Assembly: GCA_965277715.1 (NCBI GenBank)
Contig: OZ255836.1
Span: forward strand, 352,001-416,000
Length of the DNA: 64,000 nt
DNA from: Gammaproteobacteria bacterium
Lineage (GTDB): Bacteria; Pseudomonadota; Gammaproteobacteria; JBCCGL01
Direction: 5' to 3'
The translations under genes were made by a program, and so were the position numbers. This document shows, in pieces, positions 1 through 8,300 of the stretch; positions within the stretch are counted from its first letter, which is position 1; each line of letters opens with the position of its first letter. Below the pieces are notes generated by a model, which made no database searches, was not told the DNA's origin, and saw nothing but the letters and a program-made list of their open reading frames with translations.

Positions 1-240
1 AACGCGAAAGAAATTGGACGTAAAGCAGGCAGGATACTCGAATTCCATTTACCTGATCACTGGATATTTAGATCACAAGAAGATCAAGAGGATTACGGTA
101 TAGATGGTGAAATTGAACTTGCTAATGAATCTGACAATGCAACCGGTTTTATCTTTAAAGCTCAAATAAAAGGTCAGAAAGCAGTTTCCATAATCGAAAA
201 TGGAACCATTGCATATTTGGTTCCTCCCCGGTTTGTGTGA
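1..240 (+). pseudogene. 5'-partial DUF4365-like PD-(D/E)xK nuclease-domain gene, truncated by ISL3 insertion at 219
   Basis: Frame 1 reads ...WIFRSQEDQEDYGIDGEIEL...GFIFKAQIKG..., matching the D-x-G-I-D...Q-x-K pattern of DUF4365. The frame runs into the IS inverted repeat and stops at 238-240. Confidence 0.7.
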
Positions 241-1536
241 GGTTATAGTATTTCCTCCCCCTTTGCTATTGAGAGACTCCGGTGCTATCGAGCCTTGAAG
301 AACACTACAGCCAGCTCCTGGGCCTGACAGATGACTGGTCAGTGACATCAGTTGATTTAGACCCTTCAGGGTTAAAAGTATCCATTTCGTTGGCGTTTAG
401 CGGCAACCACGGCCCTTGCTCGCACTGTGGAGAAGTGAGTCCGTTCTATGATCACCGTTCACAAGAGCGATCCTGGAGACACCTGGATATTATGCAGTTT
501 GAAACGCGCCTACACAGTCGCATTCCCCGAGTAAATTGTCTGGAGCATGGTGTTAAAAGTATGATGTTACCCTGGGCAAGCAAGAGCAGTCGTTTTACGT
601 TGTTGTTTGAATTATTTTCCATCAGGGTGTTGCAAGCCTCACGTAGCGTCGAAGAGGCGCGTAAGTTACTGGGACTTAGCTGGAACGCAGTGGAAGCCAT
701 CAAAGCCCGCGCTGTCGAACGGGGACTTTCGCGTCGGGAATTGGTGACAATTGAGTACCTGGGTATTGATGAGAAGTCCCACCGTAAAGGGCATGACTAT
801 GTGACGCTCATCAATGATATCGATGGAGGGCGAGTATTGGATGGAGTGAAAGATCGCACCCAGGCAGCGTGTGAGGAGGCGTTGGAGGTTGCGCTGACGG
901 ATAACCAGCGAGAACAGGTGAAAGCTGTCGCTATTGATATGTGGCCTGCGTTCATTAATGCCGTTGAGGTAAAACTGTCAGACAGTGCGATTGTTCACGA
1001 CCGTTTTCATATTAGCCAACACCTGAATAAGGCGGTGGATCAGGTCCGTCGTGACGAACATAGAGACCTTTTGTCACAGGGTGATACTCGATTGAAAAAG
1101 AGTCGTTATCACTGGTTAAAAAATGAAGAAAATTTGTCTAACAAAGCAGCCGAGCACTTTGAGTCACTCAAGCATGATCAGTTATTGACAGCCCGAGCCT
1201 GGGCGATAAAAGAACTGTTTCGTGATTTTTGGACGTATAAGACAGCGGGTTGGGCAAAGCGTTTCTTTAGCGCATGGTATGCGTGGGCAATTCGGTGCCG
1301 ATTGGACAGCATAAAGAAAGTGGCCAAGATGATAAAAACGCACATGCCGAACATATTGACATGGTTTAAGCACACAATAAGTAATGCCGTGTCAGAGGGT
1401 TTGAATTCAAAAATTCAGACAGTCAAATCGAATGCAAGAGGGTTTCGTTCGTTTGAAAGTTACCGGCGGAGTATTTTGTTTTACTGTGGAAAGCTGGATA
1501 GGGAACCAGTGGCTTCACAATAATCGGGGAAGAACC
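219..1536 (+). mobile_element. ISL3-family insertion sequence, apparently intact
   Basis: Imperfect terminal IRs GGTTCCTCCCCGGTTTGTGTGAGG (from 219) and GGTTCTTCCCCGATTATTGTGAAG (reverse complement, ending 1536) enclose an ISL3 transposase. No matching 8-bp target duplication. Confidence 0.92.
282..1523 (+). CDS. ISL3 family transposase
   Basis: Zn-finger CSHC/C-x2-H, GIDEKS, VAIDMW, DRFH, SNAVSEGLNSKIQ and ARGFRSF motifs. Confidence 0.95.
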   Translation: MLSSLEEHYSQLLGLTDDWSVTSVDLDPSGLKVSISLAFSGNHGPCSHCGEVSPFYDHRSQERSWRHLDIMQFETRLHSRIPRVNCLEHGVKSMMLPWASKSSRFTLLFELFSIRVLQASRSVEEARKLLGLSWNAVEAIKARAVERGLSRRELVTIEYLGIDEKSHRKGHDYVTLINDIDGGRVLDGVKDRTQAACEEALEVALTDNQREQVKAVAIDMWPAFINAVEVKLSDSAIVHDRFHISQHLNKAVDQVRRDEHRDLLSQGDTRLKKSRYHWLKNEENLSNKAAEHFESLKHDQLLTARAWAIKELFRDFWTYKTAGWAKRFFSAWYAWAIRCRLDSIKKVAKMIKTHMPNILTWFKHTISNAVSEGLNSKIQTVKSNARGFRSFESYRRSILFYCGKLDREPVASQ

Positions 1537-1707
1537 GGTTTTTTAGTAGAATCGATGAGTCAAAAAGGCAATGCTGAACCCGCCAACACAAGTTAGGCGG
1601 TGTACTAAGTAGAACAAAGTAACCCTACAGGCGCGTTAAGTGCTTGCACACTATCCAATGAAGCTTGTAAGATACTGATATATAGTGGGAATAAGGACTT
1701 AATAAGT

Positions 1708-2256
1708 ATGTTTACGATAAAAAAAGTATTATTCAGCAGCGCGGTTGTTGTGGCGTTGGTCGGTGTCTACGCACTGGTAACCAGCGGCATTATTACCCAT
1801 AGTAATAATATTCCCGCCACGGCTGTGTTCAAACCGGAAGTCCTGTCCCAGGATTACCTATCGAAGAATCTTCTCCAGAAAACACCTGAACCCACTGTTA
1901 TAGAACAAAGTGCTGATGGACGCGGTGTTATAAAAGGTGCTTTGCCGCCTGAGCTGGTGCCAGTAAAAGCATCGCTTGATCAGCTTGATGCCACTGTCAT
2001 CCAGGCAAAACAAACACTTGAGCAACAAGCCGTCGATGCAGAAGGTTATCAACAGTTTCAGCGTGCTGACAGCACCGTCGATAATATGCAGGCACTGATC
2101 GCCGGTATTATTACCCGTGAAGGTATCGATGCCGCCGCACTCAGCCGCGCCGATCAAGAACAAAACAGGGTCTATCCCAAAACGGCTGAAGCACAGGCGC
2201 TTCTAGACGATCTGGCGAGCACTAAACAAAAACTGGAAAATATCGGTAAACCCTAA
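1708..2256 (+). CDS. Hypothetical membrane-anchored/exported alpha-helical protein upstream of the RHS toxin
   Basis: 182-aa ORF with AAGGA RBS, N-terminal hydrophobic segment, Pro-rich linker and helical Q/A/E-rich C-terminus. Confidence 0.7.
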   Translation: MFTIKKVLFSSAVVVALVGVYALVTSGIITHSNNIPATAVFKPEVLSQDYLSKNLLQKTPEPTVIEQSADGRGVIKGALPPELVPVKASLDQLDATVIQAKQTLEQQAVDAEGYQQFQRADSTVDNMQALIAGIITREGIDAAALSRADQEQNRVYPKTAEAQALLDDLASTKQKLENIGKP

Positions 2257-2348
2257 GATTCGCTCAAGCAACTAAAAATCATCGGTACGCTCGGTTGCGC
2301 AAAGCACCGATACGGTAGCCGGGAAATACAACGACAGGAATACAAGGC

Positions 2349-5300
2349 ATGTATAGTTTTATTAAGATCATAGCTAAAACCCTTCTGACATTCGCCGCAC
2401 TGTTGGTGATACAAATCACCCCATCGCTTGCTGAAGAGCAACTGTTAGTTGGCAAGCTCAGTGGTGATGCTGAAGTGCGACAGGGTATGCTTAGCTACAG
2501 TCTGCCGCTGGAATTACCGGCTGGAGTCCATGATATGCGCCCGGCGTTGTCACTCAATTACCAGCAGGGAGCCAGCAACGGTGTTTTCGGCCTTGGCTTT
2601 GCACTCGGTGGTGTCTCTTCTATTCAGCGCTGCGCGGCGGATGAGGACAACGACGGTTTTCAGGGTGCGATTCGTTTCGATAGCAATGATCGCTATTGTC
2701 TCAACGGCCAGCGATTGATAGTGGTTGCCGGTACTGACGGTGGTAATGGCAGCGAATACCGTCTGCGCTACTCGCCCGGTACCAAGGTCACTGCACATGG
2801 TCAGCAGGCATCGGGGCCTGAGTACTGGGAAGTAAGATCGGCAGATGGTTTTATCCACCGCTATGGGCAAGGTGGCGACAGCATTAAACTTATCGCTGGC
2901 AAAGCCCAGCAGTGGTATCTACGCGAACAGCGTGATCGATTTGACAACACGCTTACCTATACCTATCAGAATCAAAATGGACTAATACAACTAAAGGACA
3001 TAGAGTACTCCAGTTACACCGTCGAGTTCGTCTACCAACAGCGTCCCGATGTGATGACCTCCTATCAGCTCGGTGAGGCTACTACACAGGATAACCGTCT
3101 AAGTCGTTTGCAGGTAAAACGCCAGAGTCAATTGATCTACGAATACCGTTTCGGTTACTCGGATAGCCCTGATGATGCATTCATTCCACCGGGTATAGCA
3201 CGCGACAACAGCCAGACGAAACTGGAGCACGTAGCTCGGTTGCGCGTTCAGGCAGACAGTATCGATGAGCTCATTGAGGAACGACGTAGCGAGCGTGCTC
3301 AGCATACCGATCAACTCGATGAATACAGTGCACAAAGTGCTGATCTGGAAGAAAAAATTCAGAATGCCGAGGATGATGCCACTAATAAACAGAATGCCGC
3401 GACGCTATACCGCAGCAATGCACTGCAATTGCAGCAGGAGGCTATGCAGATATACCAGCAGCACACCACGACGACCACTGAAGCCTACCCAAATCCGGTG
3501 CCTATTTCGGTTGGCGATATTATGTTTTTTGTCCACGAACACACCAACACCACCTTCAATAGTTCTTTCTGGGAAACTGCCCATGAGGATAAACTGGCGC
3601 AGTCAAATAGTTACATGCGATTGGCTAGTAGCCACGAAGATCTCGCACAAGCCAGTACTGAAAGCGCTCAGGGCTATAGCGAGGCGATAGCGGAAATCGA
3701 GGCTGCGCGCACTCTGCCACAACACGCCGCCGAACTGGCCAACGCAAGTATCAGCAAACTCGAAGCCTCGGCTGCCAGCCTGCGCCAACAGGCGGACACC
3801 CTTGAGGATGATGTGGCCACCACTCTCAACCAGCAGGTACAGACCAACACCACTTCGACAGCCAGCGAGTCGCGCTACAGTCGCCTGTCGAAAGTAACGC
3901 GCTGCGATGCGCAAGGCAACTGCCTTGCCCCATTGCAGTTCGACTACCACTCAGAACCTGCGGAAATTAGCGCCCCCAGCGCTATTCAGCAGGTGTTACT
4001 TGCCGCCTCGGATGAACCTCTTACCTATGTTGTTGGCGATCTGAATAAGGATGGTAACAATGACCTCTGCTACTATGAGGATGGTCTGTACTGCTCACTG
4101 AATGCAGGTGACGGTAACTTCTCCACGGCCACTAAGTGGACAACCGCGTTGGATCCGGGTGCTGGCGGTGAAAACTGGACCAACTCCAACGACGATGACC
4201 GTGGCGAAGAAGAAAAACTCATTACCTTGAGTTTGATTGATATCAACCGTGACGCACAACCTGATTATTGCCTGCTCGGTGACAACGGCATTTTCTGTGG
4301 TATCAACGAAAACGGCGAGCGCTTTGTTGATAGCAGTTATAAGGTGAGTGACCTCACTATCGACAATGCCGTACGCTTTATTGATATAGACCGTGATCGG
4401 TGGGTGGATTTTTGCGCCTTTAAAGAGGACGGCCTGTACTGTGCACGCAACCTGGAAGGCACGTCAGTGACTGAGACCGTCAAAGTGCCCGGTACTGATT
4501 TTGGCTTTTTGCTGGAGCATGCCGTCAGCAAAACCACTACTACCATACATAAGACTAAAGGCGATGACCGTATTGAAACCAGCACCACAACCGAAACCAG
4601 CACCACAACCGAAACCAGCAAAACCCCCCAGCCCTCCCGCATGGATGTCAATGGCGATGGCTATGCGGATATCTGTGGTCTGAAACGCGATCCAGATTCA
4701 TCTGATCTGGACTATCAGTGCGCCCTGGGCCACGGTTATGCCAGCGTAGATGGAGTTGAATACCCTGAGTTTGGTAGTCCTGAGGTATGGGCCGCTAGTT
4801 TGCCAGCACTCAGTACCACACAGGAATTTATCGAAACAAGAGTCCTGAACCGCACGTTTCGCCACGCTGATATCAACGCCGATGGTTTGGCTGATCTCTG
4901 CTACCGGCGTGGTGGTGACTATATGTGCCGAATCAACACTGGGGCAGGTTTTAACGCTGAGACGAGTTGGTTTACTTTTAGCGGGGCAGACTGGGCCGAG
5001 AGTGTATGGTTGCCGGTCATTGAGGCCTCAATCAGCCTGACCGACAGGAATGGTGATCAGCTGGCAGATTTCTGCACCCTGGTTGCCGACGAACAAAAAT
5101 GCGCCTATAGCGACGGTGGGGCGTTTACCAATTATGCCGCCAGGATGCCAGTATTGGCCGACTATGAGATTGAAGATAAGAGCGAATCACTCTACCTGCA
5201 CTCGCTAAAAAGACTATTTGGGCTAAAAACCCATATCCACACAGTCATCATGCGTGCCGCCTATGGCCCCTTCAAGCAAGTGTCGGATATTGACGGTGAC

Positions 5301-8300
5301 GGCTACCCGGATGATTGCTACCGTAGCCACGACGGCATTAGCTGTGGTATCGCCGTCTACCAACCACTGGCGCGCTTGGTGTCAGTTACCGACGGCTATG
5401 GTTTGCGCACGGACTTCAACTATTCCAATCTCGCCAGCCCCGCAGTCTACACCCCAGAAAGTGATGCGGTGTCACCACTGCTTGATATCACACCGGCAAC
5501 ACTGGTGATTAACAGCATTGTCTCGGACAACGCTATAGGTGGTAAAAACACGCTGGAATTCCACTACCAGGGCTATAAAACCCACCGTGAAGATGGTGCT
5601 GTTGGTTACCACAAGATAGAGAAACGCAATCTCACCAGCGGCCTCACTACCTTGACCGAGTACAGCACCGATGAGCTGCTAAAAGGCACGCCAGTGCGCG
5701 TGACCCAGCATTCTAACGGCCAGCTGATAAGCGAAACCGCCTCCACTCACGAAGAAATAACCGACCCACTTACCGGTCGGGAGCGCGCTCGTGTTAGCTA
5801 TTCTGTAGAGCACGATTACGCACTCGACGGCAGCCTGATAAAAACCGAGGAAACCCACTACCACGCATACAACGCTTTCGACCAGCTGCTGCGCTTGGAA
5901 ACGGTTACCCGTGGTGCCGATGGTATCGAGTATCGTCAACTTACTGAGAGTAATTACCTCAACGATGAGGCCGAGTGGGTACTGGCCAAACCCTTAACAA
6001 TAGAAGTTACCCACTCTGTGCCAGGTGATACCAAAAAACGCGCCACCGCGTTCAGCTACTACCCCAACGGCGCCCTGCGTACTGAAACCATACAGCCCGG
6101 TCATCCATTGGCCCTGGAAAGTACCTTTAGCTATAACACCGAAGGTAATCTCACACAGACCTTCATCAAGGGCGTTGAGAGTAGCGAAACGCGTACTAGC
6201 AGCCTGGGTGAATACGACGTCGATGGCCGCCCTGGGCTTGCCACTAATGCACTGGGGCATACCAACCGCACGCAGTACCATGCACTGTGCGGGCTGCCGG
6301 TGGCACAAACCGATGCCAATGGCCTGAGTGTCTTGTGGGAGTACGATGGTGCCTGTCGAAAAATCAAGGAAACCCTGCCAGATGGCCAGGTGACCGAGTG
6401 GTTTTACCAGTGGAGTGACGGCGCCGACGCAGGGCTGGATTACCAGTCCCTGGGGCTGCCGCTGGGGGATCGCAGCGTGTATATGATTACCGAGCGCAAC
6501 AACACGACCGGTGCCTGGTCACGCATATACTACGATGCCCTGGATCGCGAAGTGCGCACTATGCACCTGGACGGCAATTACAAATACGTGATTACCGATA
6601 AGGTATACAACCACCGTGGTCAAATTGCCGCTGCCACCCTGCCGTATTTTGAAGGTCATTTCCCCGGTGATAACACTTTCTGGTCGACCATTGAGTATGA
6701 CCAACTGGGCCGACAACTGGCGCAACATATGCCATCCAGTGATGGCCCTATTACCACCCGCTATGAATACCAGGGGCTGACTACTACCGTTATTGAACCC
6801 AATGATTATCGTAAGGTCACGGTAAGCGATGTGCGCGATAACCCTGTTTCCATTGATGAAAATGGTGCGTCCACGGTCAGCTATCAGTACGATGCCTTGG
6901 GTAACGCTATTCAAACCAATAGTAACGGCTATATCACCACGCTGGAGTACGACCAGCTGGGCAATAAAATAGCGATGAGCGACCCCTCGATGGGGCGTTG
7001 GGAATACCGCTACAATGCCTTCGGCGAGCTGATTTACCAAAAGGATGCCAAGGGCCAGGAAGTTGTATTGCAATACGATGTGCTGGGCCGTAAAACGGCC
7101 AGCCAACAGGTCGATGGAAACTACCATTGGCGTTACGACAGTGCCGAAAACGGCCTGGGCCAGCTCAGCGAGCGCGAAGGGCCGGAATCGCTGCGTCGCT
7201 ACACCTATGATGATCTCGCCAGACCAGACAGCGAAACCCTGAATATCGATGGTCGCCGCTTTACCACGCGCAACAGTTACGACCAAGCCAGCCGTATCGA
7301 TAAGGTTGAACATGCCGACGGCGTTGTGCTTGAGCACGACTACACATTGGATGGCAATCTCAAGCGGGTCAGCATCCCCAAAAGCGTTATCTGGGACTAT
7401 GACTACCTACAAATTGAAGATGCCTTTAGAGCGATTCTGCAGCGCATAGCCGGGTTGGAAAGCATCGCCACTGAATATGAAAGTCGAGCCGGTCACTATG
7501 CAGGTCAGCTGGAGAAATTTCGCACACTGGCCAACCAGCTCTACGCACAACAGGCTACCACCTTAACTGAAACCCAGCAGATACAAGCGGGTATCGCCGA
7601 GCTGGAAGCCGCGTTGCGCCACGCTCAGGATCGCGCCAGCAATTATCGCACAACGGCGGACGTAGCCTGGCAGGCCTTCGGCAGCAATTACCTCGAATAC
7701 CAGCGCACTACCAACGGTTACCACCTCTACAGCAATACCGAGTGTACCAATAGTAACTGGAAAAGGCATTGCAAGAATCGCAACAGTTTCCACCAATGGA
7801 TAGAGGCCAACCTGATTCAGGATACCGATAATTGCACTAGCTACGTTCGCAGACTCGGCAAGAGTCAGGATTTTGCGGAGATCACTGTTACCCACTGTGT
7901 ATGGGGGCCAAAATCGCGTATTAATGTATCAGAAGTGTATCTGCAAGCGGCCAGCCAATGGCAGTCAGAAGCGGATGCAATAGCTGAACAACTCGACGAT
8001 TCCAATGCGCAGCTTGCCCATTTTGATGGCGTTGCCGATGAATATGGTGCACTGGCCAGTAACTATATGGCGCTGGCAACGATTTATGCGGACATGGCGC
8101 GCCGTCAAACCGATATGCTTGCGGCTATTAGCACAGAGTTGGAAGATCTGAGAAATGCCGCGCAGGAACTGGAAACAGTATTGGGTGACGATACTCAGGA
8201 TGATAAAACAGTATTGTTATGGGCGTCGACCAGCCGTGATGCGGCGGGCCGTTTGCAGGGCGAATTGTATGGCAATGGCCTGCTGACTCGGCGCGAGTTT

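Noticed and set aside
1580-1600. attC-like hairpin CCGCCAAC-ACAA-GTTAGGCGG
   Set aside because: Far too short for an attC site, single copy, and no integron integrase.
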